A stretch of 63,862 bases of DNA, counting the filler, from Choristocarpus tenellus KU-1152 (lineage: Eukaryota; Protista; Phaeophyceae), in NCBI GenBank assembly GCA_964200185.2. It is 10 parts of 10 records of this genome, joined end to end, with 100 filler letters (N's around TTAATTAATTAA, not from the genome) between each part and the next. Parts side by side here need not be neighbours in the genome. Positions count along the whole stretch, not along the records: positions 8,888 to 19,736 come from CAXNAD020002671.1; positions 19,837 to 24,244 come from CAXNAD020014694.1; positions 24,345 to 28,108 come from CAXNAD020018067.1; 7 more parts are not named here. One strand, 5' to 3'. Positions 13,101-26,599 of this stretch are shown piece after piece. Each line of letters starts with the position of its first letter. The stretch's first letter is position 1. Both the position numbers and the translations under genes were made by a program. The notes beneath the pieces were generated by a model, which was given only the letters and a program-made list of their open reading frames with translations, did no database searches and was not told the origin of the DNA.

Positions 13101-13875
13101 TCTCCGGTTATCCTCTGGTCACCCTCCACACAACAGTCAAGGAAACCGTCACCGAGGCCTCGGCACCAAGCCTTGGAAATGCCTTACCTGTTTACCATCT
13201 TGTGTGAATCACCTCCACATTCTTCAAGATGGCAGGCGTTTTTTGGCTAAGGATGGGTCTGGGGGACTGCGGGTTTTTGATCTTCGTTGGTCTGGTGGGT
13301 CTGGAGGTTGGTTTACAAAAGGGCAGCTCTGCCCTGTGGTGGTGCTTGTGGCTCCTGACCATGGTGGTCGTCAGCTTGTTGACAACGGGCGTTTTTGGGT
13401 GGACCCTGAGGAGGCAGTTGTGGCGACACCAATTCCTGGGTCTCTGTACCCAGGGCGCACTCAACAGGTGAAGAATTGTCCTTGCCAACACCGATCAGAT
13501 GCAAATAATTTCAATTCACATGAAGACCGTTGGGGTATTGAAGAAGGGCAAGGGGCATTGGTTTGGGGGAATGGCTCAAGGGAGGAGGGAGGGGACTCTG
13601 TTAATAGGGTTTGCACATCCTTAGGAGGGGCGCGCATCAGGATGCTGAGTGTGAGTTCAGGAGAGAGGTTGGCAGAGGTAAAGACGCCTTGTAGGTTCAA
13701 GGAAATGTCGCTTTCGAGGACTGTTGTTCGAGACACCTGTGGAAATGCAGGCTTGGGTGATTCCGTGAGTGGAGGGAGGGGCCTTGCGGAACCAGGGTTT
13801 TGGGGCATTAGTGCAACCCCTTGGGTAGAGGCAAGTGGGGGCTTATTTGCTGCAAGACTATGGCCTGAGATGTAG
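10116..13875 (+). CDS. DCAF4/WDR21-like WD40 protein; exons ~10116-10539, 10814-11106, 11515-11685 (or 11673), 12219-12350, 12889-13875; start codon unresolved
   Basis: N-terminal IPGYMFDSDRGKYFRV resembles the DCAF4 LPGFYFDPEKNRYF motif. WD repeats: SVWCTEWDP, SDLFSMAF...GLRNGSVFLHDPR, VNHLHILQDGRRFLAKDGSGGLRVFDLR. All four introns are GT-AG and phase-consistent. Confidence 0.8.
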
Positions 13876-14107
13876 TAGATTGTTTGTTCTTATATGGCAA
13901 TGTTTTGCTTGGGTTTTTGGTTGTTTGGAGATGATAAAGTTAACGCAGTGCAGGTGTTGGTACAAGCACTTGGGGAAGGACATACGGGGGGGCTTGCTTG
14001 CTGCAAGGCAAGACTATGGCCTGAGATGTAGTAGATCATTCTTACTTGGGAATTTTTTTCTTGGGTGTTTGTTTGGAGATGATAGTGTTAACTCAGTATC
14101 ACTGTAG
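13836..14107 (+). repeat. Tandem duplication (~150 bp unit) of the last codons and 3' UTR of the WD40 gene
   Basis: GCAAGACTATGGCCTGAGATGTAGTAGAT and TGTTTGGAGATGATA-GTTAAC each occur twice. Confidence 0.85.
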
Positions 14108-15240
14108 GATTAAATGTTTTTGTTTTGTTCATTTTTCTCCTGTGATGATGCGCTGGACGGTAATAGAGGAAGTGGTTGAAAGCAGCAAGTGCATCTTACA
14201 TTTTTATAGAGATATTCATCATATTGCAGAATATTTTAATCATTTTATGGAATCAACACACAGTGTGCGGATGTAAGGTAATCGATTTGCCTCATTTGAA
14301 GGAGAAACATTGCAGGACTCCATACCTCATTCTATTGTGAGAGATAAGAAGGTTGGAGCGGTCTAGGCAGGCCTTGTATCATCTTCAGTCAATCCAAAGG
14401 AGGGCAGTCAGTGAGCTCTGATGCCATGGACAAGTGGCCTGGATTTGTCTATGTGACCTTGGGATGATCAGAAGAGACCAGGGATAGAGATTGTTTTGCT
14501 GGGGATGACAACAGATGTGGAATAGCTCATTTTTCTTGATTGCTGATTGAATCCCTCTGCCTTCTTAGCCTACTCTTCCTATCCACGAAGTCTTTCTCAT
14601 CCGTTGTCTTCATATTTGCCTTCCTTGCTCACATGTGCTGTTTAAACTATGTAAACGTGTGCATATTTCTTGCGCTGCACTCCCCTTTCCTAGGTCAGAA
14701 TATTTCTCAAGCATGAAAAAACGAACTGAACTTTGAAGGTGAAACTAAGCCCTTTTAGGTTGGTAGCTTAGTTTATTGTTACCACAAGATTCAGATGGAT
14801 TCCTTCCAATCCAACCTTCAACATCTTCTTACTGCGACCCGAATTTCTTGATGGATGGATGGACGGATTACACACGGTTTCATGTGTAATAAATATAAAT
14901 ATAGGTGTGTTCAGTGTCAAGCGGTTTCAACATTATGTGCAAGTTACTGATATTTTCCACCACAACAACATTTACCAATTTATTTTATTATTTTATTTTA
15001 TTTTATTTTAAATGCGTTTTTTTTTTTTTTTACTGCTTGAATGTGAACCAATATTTTCCTCAATCGTACGTTACGGTTTACGGCTGTCTTCCAACGATTT
15101 TTCTTTTTTTCTTTTGAGCACCATTCCTGTCTGAACAACAATAATAGGATATCGTACAAACGGGGAAGATTGAGAAAATTTATGTTTTTTATGTTTTTTA
15201 TATTGACTTTGAGGGAGTGGTGTCGGTCTGTAAGGCCTTG

Positions 15241-15372
15241 AACAGCCGATTTCAAAAGTTGAGGTATGACATACGATAGAAAAAAAACATATCGACACTT
15301 TATCCCAGTCAATTTTGGGTCAAGTCCATCCTCAATGAAAAGCTCCATCCTCAATTTTTGAAATCGACTGTT
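15241..15372. mobile_element. MITE family C, internally deleted copy
   Basis: AACAGCCGATTTCAAAAGTTGAGG...CCTCAATTTTTGAAATCGACTGTT, with 4-bp TSD CTTG/CTTG. Confidence 0.8.
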
Positions 15373-17355
15373 CTTGGCTGTGTTACCCAGTCAGGTCTGG
15401 CATCACGATTTCCCAACCAAATAAGTGGTTGTCCTAACTGATGAGATCTAGTGTTGCATTCTCTATGCCAGAGCTTACGCACCTGGCTGGACACTAGGAA
15501 ACTTTCTTCAACTGCTGTTCAAGCAATGGCAGCATCATGGACCTTTCCCCTTGGTACTGTTTGAGCACAATGACTGCTAGGGGTTGGACCACCAAGAAGG
15601 ATACATGCCTACCTTTGGTTTGACTGTTGACTAGACTGAGGCATGAGCACAGAGTGCATGAGGTGAGGTGTGCAAATAAATCAACTTGGTGAGTTCTTCA
15701 AGTTGATAGAAATTGATGTGGGAAGAAAACGCCACACATTGACTGCCGTTTAACCCTTCGGGGAGTCCAGCCCTGTCAACACAACAGTAATTTACAGGTG
15801 ATTGTGCACGTTTTTTCTTTCACTCGGCGATCAAGCAACCGTAATCCAGGAGGCATGATGTCCAGTTTCACGGGGGATGACAAATTCAAAACGCTGCCGG
15901 GAACAATCATTCATTTTTGATCGCAAACCTCTTCTTTCACTTTGGACGCCTGACTCCCAAGTACGCGCGCGAGAGGTAGCCATAGTTTGACTTCAAGGAT
16001 GCTGACAAAATATGTGCAAAATAAAGTAAAAAATAATTTATTTTGCAACTGCCCTACAGAGGTTGAGTGAACCGACCCACACAATCCACGTGTCCCCATT
16101 TTTTAAGGCATAAGGTCCATGCTCTGGATTATCACTCATCAAGGCCAGGGTAACCAGACTTCGGCAGCGGTGGTCTACACCTAGAGGTCATGCCAAAGCA
16201 TACTGCATATCTGAGGGCTGTTCTATTTGTACTTGTGGGCGAGAAATCCGCGTCCCTCCCTCGAAAAATACCGTCCTCCAAGTATCACTTGCAGCCCTAG
16301 TAGGTGACACATTCCTTGAGAACCAATTGTCAGCAAAGGAGAGGGGGCTATAAAAGGGGTAATGTTTGCAATGTGTGGGTGAATGCATCTGAGTATGACG
16401 TATTACCTTTCACAATACACCAGAAGAGGGAGGACATAGAGTGGAACATAATGCATCGCTTAAGATACCAGGGACAGTTCGATGACAGAAAAGGACTGTT
16501 GGTGTTACATCCCCCACAACTGAGATTGGTGTCTAACCCCTAACCCAAGGGGGACAAGCACCCTCTGGATGGATTCACACATTGCCGTCATCAGTGAATA
16601 GATGGTCATACACACAACCCCATAAAGAAGTTGAGGGCAGGGGACAGGATTGGATGTTTGAACTACAGTTGATGAGAAGCACTTTGTCCCAAGTATCAAC
16701 CCCATTATTACATGAAGAACATGTCAGAGGGGTGAGTTCATCTACCTTACGAGGTGAATTGGAATGACGGGGACAGGCAGAATGTCGAACTTGTTGCAGA
16801 AGATGGTAGTTTCATTTTTGTATGTATCTTTTGTGGAAACCCTGTGTATCTTTATATGGTGATTTATCCTTTTTTTCATTTGAAGTAGTTTAATTCTTAA
16901 CTTCGATTCTTCTTCTTCTGTGTATGTATATATCAGTCTTTTTCCTGCTTCATGTGATTATTTTTTGATGTATATATTAAATTTAAATTACCTCTTTTGA
17001 GTCTATTTTCAGTGCAAGGAGGGATGGATCGTTTCATGTACACTCTAAACATACATGTTGAACCCTACAGCGATAAGAAGCTCATAGCCACGTTGACAGT
17101 AGGTTATGATTAGATAAGCAATGACTTGTTATCCTCCTGTGAGAGTCGTTCCCCACACAATAATGAATGAGGCACTTCTCCAGTCACATTATTATGCCAA
17201 GTCATATGACGCATTGCTATCTATCTGTATCCGCCTTAGTATTCCATGTAAGATACGTCACTTCGTGACTGCTCCTTCTACCTACCAACTACACAAAACC
17301 ATGCATTAATTGTCTCAATATATACTAGAAGAAGACTTGTGAGCTGAGAGGATTT

Positions 17356-17582
17356 AACAGCAGATTTCAAAAATTGAGGATGGGGCTTGACCCAAAATTG
17401 ACGACTGGGAGAAAGTATCGATGTGTTTTTTTTTGTACCATACATGTTCCCTCCTTGGGCTCGTCGTCTTCATGGGTCTGAGGGCTTACGTGGATGAACA
17501 TTACAAAAAAAAACATATCGACACTTTCTCCCAGTCGTCAATTTTGGGTCAAGCCCATCCTCAATTTTTGAAATCTGCTGTT
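17356..17582. mobile_element. MITE family C, foldback element with ~80-bp near-perfect TIRs
   Basis: AACAGCAGATTTCAAAAATTGAGGATGGGGCTTGACCCAAAATTGACGACTGGGAGAAAG...CTTTCTCCCAGTCGTCAATTTTGGGTCAAGCCCATCCTCAATTTTTGAAATCTGCTGTT. Confidence 0.9.
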
Positions 17583-19930
17583 TTTTGCAAGTTACGATTC
17601 TAAACGGTTCAGCTCTCACCAGTTAATAATCACAATGAATTGCCCACTGAGTGGCACCATAGTAGCAAGAAAAAGTTACCTTTAGTGGTAGGGGACCCCA
17701 CCAGTCCCAGTGCCAGAAATATTTTGAGGTTGGCATCATAGGCGGGGGTACACGTGTGCCACTCACTATGCGCAATACAAACTGGATCTTTCGGAGGAAT
17801 GTGCAGGACTGGACGAAGTTTGGAATATTCCAAATAATTGGAATTAAAATGTTCGGATGATGTCAGCTAATTGCGACTAATCGGATGTGTGGTCAATAAG
17901 ATGTGATCAGTGCTGGTTCACAAATCAATCTTTTTTCTTTTTTTTTAATCAGGAGGTCGTTACAAGACAACGTAAATATTTTTTTTTACTGCAGTATCCA
18001 GGCAAGACTTGATTGGAGCAATGAGTCGTAGTAACTGAGAGGTGTAAGCGTTTTGGGTATGTTTTAACATAAACAGTATTAAAAAAAAAAACAGTGCTGC
18101 TGTACACACCAGTTTCTTTTCTTGCGTGCACTGTAGGAACTCGCAAGAACTAAAGTGTCCATATAAAAGAGACTGACCCAAAAATCTTCACTGCAACCGA
18201 GTAAGGGCTCCGTTTCCTGATATGCAAAAAGACGTGCTTTTGAGGCATTTCTGGATCTGTCCAAATATTCGTCAGATTATCCTTGTCAAAGGTTGACATA
18301 TTTACTGAGTTCAAAGAAAAAGAAAAAGAGGTTCTGCCTACTGTCCAGGGAAGGGCATTGTACAAAACGGATTTCACAATTCCACCAAGATTGCACCGGC
18401 TCTATATATGAAGACAAGACTGTACTACAAACAACAGTGACTAAAACATGTTTCACATGTTGCTAACATCAATCACCCACCAAACGTTTGGCTTCATTTA
18501 GATAGATATACTTCTTTACAGACTCCATGATGATAACATCAAAGCGATGAGCATGTTTCCTTGATTTGGTCAGTACAAAACAACACAATAATAAACAATG
18601 ATAGTATAGTACCTTCATTGAAGCATCCAGAGGAGTAACCCAATAGACCAGTAATTTGTACCATGAGAGCAGCTGGTCAAAAGGTGTTCTGTTTTTGTTT
18701 TGGGCAGTGGGGTGGCGTATGCATCCACTGACAAGAGGATGAATGCAATTTTTCTCATCACAATCAAACTCGCTCAGGTAGACAGAGATGTACACAAAGA
18801 TAGAAATATGCATGCCCACATTCTCTGATGTGCTTTAGCTCACCAAATGAAGTGTAGGACTGGTGATTAAGTTGGGAAGGTGACCACTACAACATTGACC
18901 ATCAATTGACTAACACATGTGTGATCAGTCATGGACTTCAAAATTCAAAAAGTGGTATCCATGCTGTTTGTATTCCACCGCAGACAGAGAAAAGACACTC
19001 AAGTTCACAACATCACCCTAACACAACAAACCAAGTCTCAGTGCACACATTATAAAAATTCATGCCAACACCACTGCATCAGAATAGCACCACCTATGCA
19101 CCTATGGGCCAGAAGACCAACATAGATACTGCACCTACACACTCTCCAGAATCATGCACTCTTACGACCTGGTGCTTGCTCTAGCCTTGCCTTAGCAGCA
19201 CCTGCTCCATGCTACATAAGGACAACTGTAAGTCAACCCATTACCTTTAAAAAACCACTCCTAAAAAAAAACAGGTACATTTTCTCCAGGAAAGGAGCAC
19301 TGAAAAATAAAGTTGACGCATCAGATCACATCACATCACACCACAAAACCCTGCCTGTAACCATCAACATCAAGGCACCAACCAAGTTACATTCAAAACG
19401 GATCAATGAGGTCTATTCCTCTAACCTAGCCAACACATAAAATACTACTGCTCACATTCTTGGAGGTAACACCACTACACACTACACACTGCACTTCTCC
19501 TTTTCCTTTTCTTCGATACAGTAAGCTACATAACATGTAAACAAAAAAGAACAACAACAGAGGAAAAAACCCCAGATAATTGCACTACCTTCATATATTT
19601 GGCCTTGGCTTGTCAGGGCAGAGCTATGTGACAGGGGGGTAAGTAGGAGGTAAGAGGGGATACGATCATATCCCGTGCTCACAGATCCACCTAGCAGCGT
19701 CCTTAGCATAGTAAGTGAGGATGACATCAGCCCCTGNNNNNNNNNNNNNNNNNNNNNNNNNNNNNNNNNNNNNNNNNNNNTTAATTAATTAANNNNNNNN
19801 NNNNNNNNNNNNNNNNNNNNNNNNNNNNNNNNNNNNTTTTATGGTACAGTCAACAAGATAAACGTCCCCCCCCCCCCCCCCTCCACCTCCCCCACTTTCT
19901 CCCTGGGGCAACAAAATGATACCCTTCAGG

Positions 19931-20161
19931 ATTATTCTTCTTTTGTAGCTGAGAGACTGTTACGGATCGAAAAAAACAAGGAACGCCAGACTCTCTCGTC
20001 CAACTTCCGAGCTAAGCAACGTGGGGAAAATCCCAAGGGTAAGGGAGGGGGAGTTGGGGTCAGGGGAGGAACAGCAGCGGGGGGAGCAGCAACAAAATTG
20101 GTTGATGGCAGCCCTGCACTAGACGTGACAGAGAGCTTGGAAGATGAGGTTGATCCTGATG
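19931..20161 (+). CDS. Probable internal exon of an unidentified protein; a second candidate exon lies at ~20994-21167
   Basis: Bounded by CAG and GTGAGG. Open frame DYSSFVAERLLRIEKNKERQTLSSNFRAKQRGENPKGKGGG...LEDEVDPD. No family recognised, and the phase to the next exon is unresolved. Confidence 0.45.
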
Positions 20162-22199
20162 GTGAGGCCCTTTGTCCTATTATACAGCAGTAATTTTTGT
20201 GCTGTGGCTGTGGCCTTCATACATCATTTGGAAGGGTAGAAGTAGAGTAGAGCTCCTAGGTACTGAAGAAGTGAGATGTATTTCATTCTTTTGTAGAGGT
20301 GTAGTACTTACATTATCAATAGTAATATTAGGGCCAATGCTTGCACAAGATATGTAGTTGTCAGTCCAAGCTGACATATTGGTGCTACAGCAAAAACACA
20401 GTGTGGAAATTTATCTGTATCATAGTGTAGGCAAAGGCACCTCTATGTTTATTGTACCCTCAGTTTTTGTAATGAAATGGAGGCCTTGTCACATCCCCCG
20501 TACATAACCTCTCCCCACTCCCCACTTGCTCTTTGTGCTTTTCCTGGGCCTGGGAAGGTCAATACTCCCACTCCTCATATGCACCCAACCATACACACAA
20601 CACCAAATGAGGACTCCTCTGTGATTGCTGTTGATTGCCGTTTTCTTACAGTAGTATAGTGTCAAGTGCATCCCAGAACACTGCCCTGCCTGCCGTTTTT
20701 CAGTGTTAGGATACATTGCATTCCTTGATTTTTTATTTCAAAGCATAGATATTTATACTACGTAATAGCGTTAATGATGTAGTGCACAGGGCAGAGTTAA
20801 TGATGGAATGTGGTGCAATGAGATGCGATGGTTGATACATGATGTGAGTCCGTTCCAGTCACCTTGAAACCGTTATCCTGGTATCTATCTTATTATCTAT
20901 CATGCTGCTCCCCCTTCCTCTAAAAGAAATACCCGCCTGAGCCCTGGCATACCTACCTCACTTTCATAGAGTGACCAGTTTATACTAACCAAGTACTAAA
21001 TCCGATACAATAGCAAGTGTCCCTTGGCGGGAGGTGCTTGCTCGCCTCCGCAAGGCCGGGATGGGACCAGAACATGAACTGGGGCGAAAGGGACACACAC
21101 CTTTGGAAGAGAGGAAGAGGGGCAAGTCGTACTCTGAGATGGCACTAAACCTTAGTGGGAAAAGGAGGTGAATACCTGTACTCTGCTTGATAAAGATTTT
21201 CACTTACGAATTGCAGCTTCTGTGTAGCTGTTGAGACAGCTCTATTTCGTTTTTTTTTGGAGTAGGAGAGATGGCATGAACAATAGTATTGCATTGTGAC
21301 AAATAGAACATCCCTTATGTTACATTGAGCCAATGGGATAACGTTTGGCGTTTGTCACCCTAATTTGAGGATTCTTGTACCTCAGGTCTGGTAGAGTTGG
21401 GGCTGTAAAATTCGTTGAGGAGTTGAGTGCTCAGAATGACTTTTTATTGCCTGCCAAACCCCACTTCTGCAACATACCTCATTTGCCATACCCCCCCTCC
21501 CAGAAACGACTGCATCACCTGTTAACCTATCAACCCTGTGCTGTTTCTTTTGTGCTTGCTGACTTGCCTGTGCTCCCAATGATACCAATGATGAGGCAGG
21601 GACCGACTGGACCGTCACTTGGCAATGAAGGTGGCCGGGGGAGAATCAGGAAAGTCACATGCCTTTTTTTCAGAGATGCTAATGCAGGGTGGGTTAGAAG
21701 GTGCCCAACAAGAAAAAGAAGAGGAAGGGGATCATGTGCTGTCAGATGGTGTTGAAAAGATGTGTGGGGGTAGTCCCTCAGCTGGGGAGGATCCAGCGTA
21801 AGGCAAGGGAAAATGACTTGGAGGCGATTTCTTTTATAGTTAATAGAATTGTAAGTTTTCTCTAAAGGGCAGGCTCTGGAAGATATTTCTTCGTGGGTGA
21901 AGTTACTGTGAGGCATGCTAAGCAAACACGCCAGACTCTTGTTGGGATTATCATCCAATGTGGCACATGACTTGCTGGGACGAGAAGAAGGTTGTCTTGT
22001 TCATAGGACTGCTTTACTGCTGATAAAAATGATTTAACAGTAGTAGTTTATGCTTGTCATTTTGCGTTTTGATGCCATGACCTAGCTGTTTGTGTTTATC
22101 TTGATCCCTGTGAGGGTCTTACTCCATTGCCACCTCTACCCATCTCCACGTAGTACCAGAATCTGTTAATAGATACTCCATCACATTAGTCAAATGTGG

Positions 22200-23900
22200 C
22201 ACTCACAGAATCCTGAACACGTGGTTTGGTCAGCCCAGAATGTAATTTTTTTCTTGGTGACAGGGATGAACCTTCGGGGGATCCAATAATACAGTGTTCT
22301 GCTAAGGTTGTCTATGTCTTTCACCCCTTTGGCCAAGCATGCTGTGTGTACTGTTGGGTTGCTTTCCAGTCTGTACCTACCTCAAGGAGCACATGGTTCG
22401 TCTCTTGGATCAACCATGCTGTCCTTGGTAGTGAACCATTAAAGGAAGAGTTTCGCATTCTTCATCACAAGGGGTACTTGGTTAATCTCTTGACCCAAGT
22501 GTGCTGTGTGCAGTATCATAGAGCGTCTGTAGTCTTTACTGCTACCAGCATGCTATCTATTCACTGGGGAGGATTGTAGCGGCACTAATGAATGACACTC
22601 TTGTTCCTACACTTGTCACATGAGAATGAGTATAGAACAGTACTCATCTTCAGTTGTTGGAAACTGCAGGAAAGAGGTCATTTCAGCAGGGATGCCCACA
22701 GTCTGATGGCCCAGCAGACTTCACCACACCCTCAAGTTGACCATGTTCAGTGCCAGGGTGACAGAGAGTGTCCAATTTTTCTATTTAGTTTGCATAATAT
22801 TAAAAACTAAATTCGTAACAGCAGTGATCACCAGATTGTTTTTGTCTTATTTCTGGACAGTGTACTCACAACATGGGATGCCATCTTCTTGTTGACATCA
22901 AAATGCACGAGTTGTGATAGATGTGGAGAGAGGTTTGACTAAATCTAGTCTAGTAAGATGGGATAGACACTGCCTATTTGTATCCTGGGATCAGTTGTGA
23001 TACAGTGTAATGGCAGTGGTTTGTTGCCCTTGCTTGTAGTATTGATATGCACTTGGGATGTATGACACCCTACAAGGATTGCCTCCAACTACCCAGCCAA
23101 GACTGGTCTGCTGCACATGAACACCCTGATAAACAACCTCTCCCCCTCAAGTGATGACTCCAAAAGAAGATCAATGCATCATCAGTAGCAGGCTGCTGAT
23201 GAGAGCGAACGAGAGTCTTGTCCCTATCCACAGCATAAAATCATATTGGATAGCTAGCTGGTTGTGCGGGTTGTGCGCAATAGGGACTAAGTCACTCCCG
23301 GCCACTATCCTAGCTGGTCTGTGTTTGTGCATTCATTTGGTCCTTCTAAATATAGGAAATCCTGCATGTACTGAACAGCATTTTGCTCTCGTCACCAACC
23401 CAATAGACTCAGAAACAAATATATATGGGTATTGCCATATCTTGATGGAAGTGAAGTAGCACACACTAGGTGCTTGTCCTCCACTGACGCGCCACACATC
23501 CTCATCTTGGGATCCAATAATGGCCTGACACCTGTAGCCACAGAAGAACAGACAGTTGTGCAAACATCTCTAACCCTACAAACCGTACAAGATTGATACA
23601 ATACACACTAAGTCATCAATGGTCGGGTCCAGGGCTTCTACTCTCTTTGCTGCTGTGGAGACGAGCAACAATATTCAGCACCACCTACATGAGCCCATCC
23701 ATCGCTAGACCCAACACAAAAATGGAGGTGCAATGAGCAACACAAGGAGGTATTACATCTTAGAAGAGGGTGTCATTGAGTGTTGGGATCCCTGCAACTG
23801 TCTCCTACTTGAAGTACACCTGCTTCTAGCGCCCTAATGGGCGATTTTGCACTACTTGTGTTAACCAACACTTTGCCTTCTCTTCAACAGCCATAGCCTC
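22200..23900. pseudogene. Possible highly degraded Ty3/gypsy-like relic
   Basis: Only weak motif remnants: PQSDG at ~22696 (+), QHGMPSS at ~22870 (+), and RT-like fragments on the minus strand at ~23400-23740. No coherent frame. Confidence 0.25.
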
Positions 23901-24178
23901 AATAGAGGGGTTAGCTTCATTTTAGGCATGGGAATGAAGTGTGGAGCATAATACTTGAAGAAGCCCTGAGGGGGCCTGAATAGACCCCCCTCTAATATAG
24001 TACAGTATGTATAATATATGATGGTTCAAGCTGTGTATATGAAGATTAAGGCACAATGAGCAACCTCCCCTGGCAAACACGAGAAATGTCGGCACATACA
24101 TGTGCCAAGAAGCAAGAACTCCAAACTTGGATGTACAGCAGCACTGCAACAGCACAGTAGAGACGAAGCACAGATAGA

Positions 24179-24244
24179 GACCCAAAGTATCTGGGGGGGG
24201 GGGGGGGTAAACCAGAGGGGCCATTTGGACCAAAACCAGGAAAA
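24179..24244. mobile_element. MITE family B fragment at a contig end; other end fragments at 5816-5833, 8888-8916, 24345-24428, 28209-28277, 37299-37638
   Basis: GACCCAAAGTATCTGGGGG...CCATTTGGACCAAAACCAGGAAAA matches the start of the full copy at 31611. Confidence 0.85.
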
Positions 24245-24508
24245 NNNNNNNNNNNNNNNNNNNNNNNNNNNNNNNNNNNNNNNNNNNNTTAATTAATTAA
24301 NNNNNNNNNNNNNNNNNNNNNNNNNNNNNNNNNNNNNNNNNNNNCTACTTTAAATGCTCTTTTCATTTTTTTTTGTCCAAATGGACAACCTTGTGTAGAC
24401 CCCCCCCCCCTCCCAGATACTTTGGGTCGTTTGTGTGGACAAGTGATGAATTATTGAGACGGAACACTCGAAGAACACCACTGCATGATCTCTCGAAGGC
24501 GGGATGAC

Positions 24509-24743
24509 GAGTCAAAGTATCTTAGAGGGTAGAGCCGCGTCCGTTTGGGGGCCAAAATCCAATGTTGCGATTTTGATTTAATCTCGCCTATTGTTTGTTC
24601 CGAACACACGTTTTCACAACGTAAACATTTCTCCTAACCTGAAATATTTCGGAGTAGGAAATTGTCATAAAATAACCCCTGGGAAGCCAAGCCCCAAATG
24701 AAGAAACAGGGGAAAATTCGTACCCTCTAAGATACTTTCATTC
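24509..24743 (+). mobile_element. MITE family A copy (small internal deletion)
   Basis: GAGTCAAAGTATCTTAGAGGGTAGAGCCGCG...TACCCTCTAAGATACTTTCATTC, flanks TGAC/TGGC. Confidence 0.9.
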
Positions 24744-25289
24744 TGGCCAATAACTTAAGTGATAACACGGAAGACAGGATCAAGCAAGCTTACATCGTGC
24801 ATAATGAAAGAGCAAATAGAATGATCTTCGTAAATCTGCCGCGAGCGCCATTCTCTTCGAGTCTCGCCTCCGTTTGCAGAAACGTAAAGGAGGTGAATCT
24901 ACCATCATCATCATCATCATCACGAAGTCCTTGAGACATACGAAGTACACACTTTTACTACCAAGGTCAGACTGGGCCCGGGGCCGCAGAGTAGGTGTAC
25001 ACAGCGGTGACATAACAGTTACTGGCCCTTCCTCCGTAAAAGCGACGAAGAGTATCATCATCATCATAGTAGTCTTGACATTACAAAGGAAAAAAATAGT
25101 ACTTCGTACGAAGCTTCACATTTCTTTTTAACCATAATCTCAGACCGGTCAAAGTAATAACCACCCACCACTTGAAATATTCCTTCGATCCACTTCTTCT
25201 ACGTACTGCTGGGTCACACGGTTTGCAACTAACTCCAATGCAGGGTGTGACCAACCTCTCCGCAACCAAGGGCAAGACCTACCTCTTTG

Positions 25290-26588
25290 TTCGCGGCGTA
25301 GATCACAATTGCGGTCTTGTGAGGCATGAACTGCCCGTACGTATCCGCCCAGTAGTCTATCCAGGACATCACCAGGTCTCGCTTTGGAGCCATGCCCTTC
25401 TCTTTGTTCGTGCCCTCCCTGTTGTAGTAGCGCACGTATCTATATATGGATGGGAAGTGTGTCGGAGGTGGATATAAGGGACAGGGGATGGAATCGTAGA
25501 GGAATCGTAAGCCGGCAGCGGATCTCTAATTCTGTAGGTATTTACGTGTGGTAGCTGCAGCAGCAGCGCAAGGACGGTCGGATGAGATGATATTGTTGAA
25601 GCATAAATAAACATATCATACATGTACATACACATATATGTAACACATAACTCCACACTGGAGGGATCTCTAACTNNNNNNNNNNATCAGACATCTAGGC
25701 GTGGTAACTGGAAAGTTAATGTGGCAAGTACGGTCGGATTACATTGTTCTGAGATAGGACTACTGTTCAATCATCAAGCAGGCGAAAATACATACCGGGT
25801 ACAAATACCACTGTGTACATTCATCAAACCCATCTCTCCACGCCGGAGGAGAATTAAAGTATGTTAGAGGGTAGAGCCGCGTCCGTTTGGGGGCCAGAAT
25901 TCAATGCTGCGATTTTGATGTAATTTTGGCTATCATGTTTGTTAGGAAGTGTCAATACGCTTGTTTCGGACACACCATTTAATAAACGTATACATTTAAC
26001 CTATTCCAAAACATTTCGGATTAGGAAAATATCGTAAAAATACCCCTCGGAAGCCAACCTCCAAACGGACTAACATGGCAAAACTCATACCCTCTAAGAT
26101 ACTTTTACTCAGGATGCTCTTGCATTAGGTGTACCTTTGCAAGCGTCAATGGCATGATTGGATATTCCGAACGATGCCTTGAAATACTGTGTACAAACGG
26201 GAATGCCAGCCGCGAGCATAGATCCGCCTCCAGGCCCCAACTTAATGACAGGTACACGGTCACCAACGAAGTGCTTGCGATCGCGGCGGTTCTCACACAC
26301 CCGGATGATGTCCTGCTCTTTGGCCAACGTGCGGGCAAGGAAGGACTCGCTATCTGCCGCGAACTTCTTCACACAGGCTAAGCGCTTGCAGCAGTCACCC
26401 TGTTCGTTGACCGGGATGGGTTGAGCCCATTCTTGGCAAAGCTTGACGCTGGTTGCTGAAGCATCATTGGTAGAAACGTCATTGGTAGAAAGCTCCAGCG
26501 CATCATTGTTGGCGGGCTGATGAGGGGGCAACACAGGGGGCGGTGTAGGCGACAAAAGCCACCCCCTTGCTGTGGGAGCAACTGTCAT
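25290..26588 (-). pseudogene. N-terminal region of a probable Sola1-like transposase, interrupted by a MITE
   Basis: DCCKRLACVKKF...IPVCTQYFKASFGISNHAI and WIDYWADTYGQFMPHK resemble the CC..C, VC..F..FGIS and GD.MP.K motifs upstream of Sola1-type catalytic cores. No catalytic domain is visible. Confidence 0.45.
25851..26110 (+). mobile_element. MITE family A, full copy
   Basis: GAATTAAAGTATGTTAGAGGGTAGAGCCGCG...TACCCTCTAAGATACTTTTACTC, with perfect 4-bp TSD AGGA/AGGA. Confidence 0.9.
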
Positions 26589-26599
26589 GGTGTTTTCGG

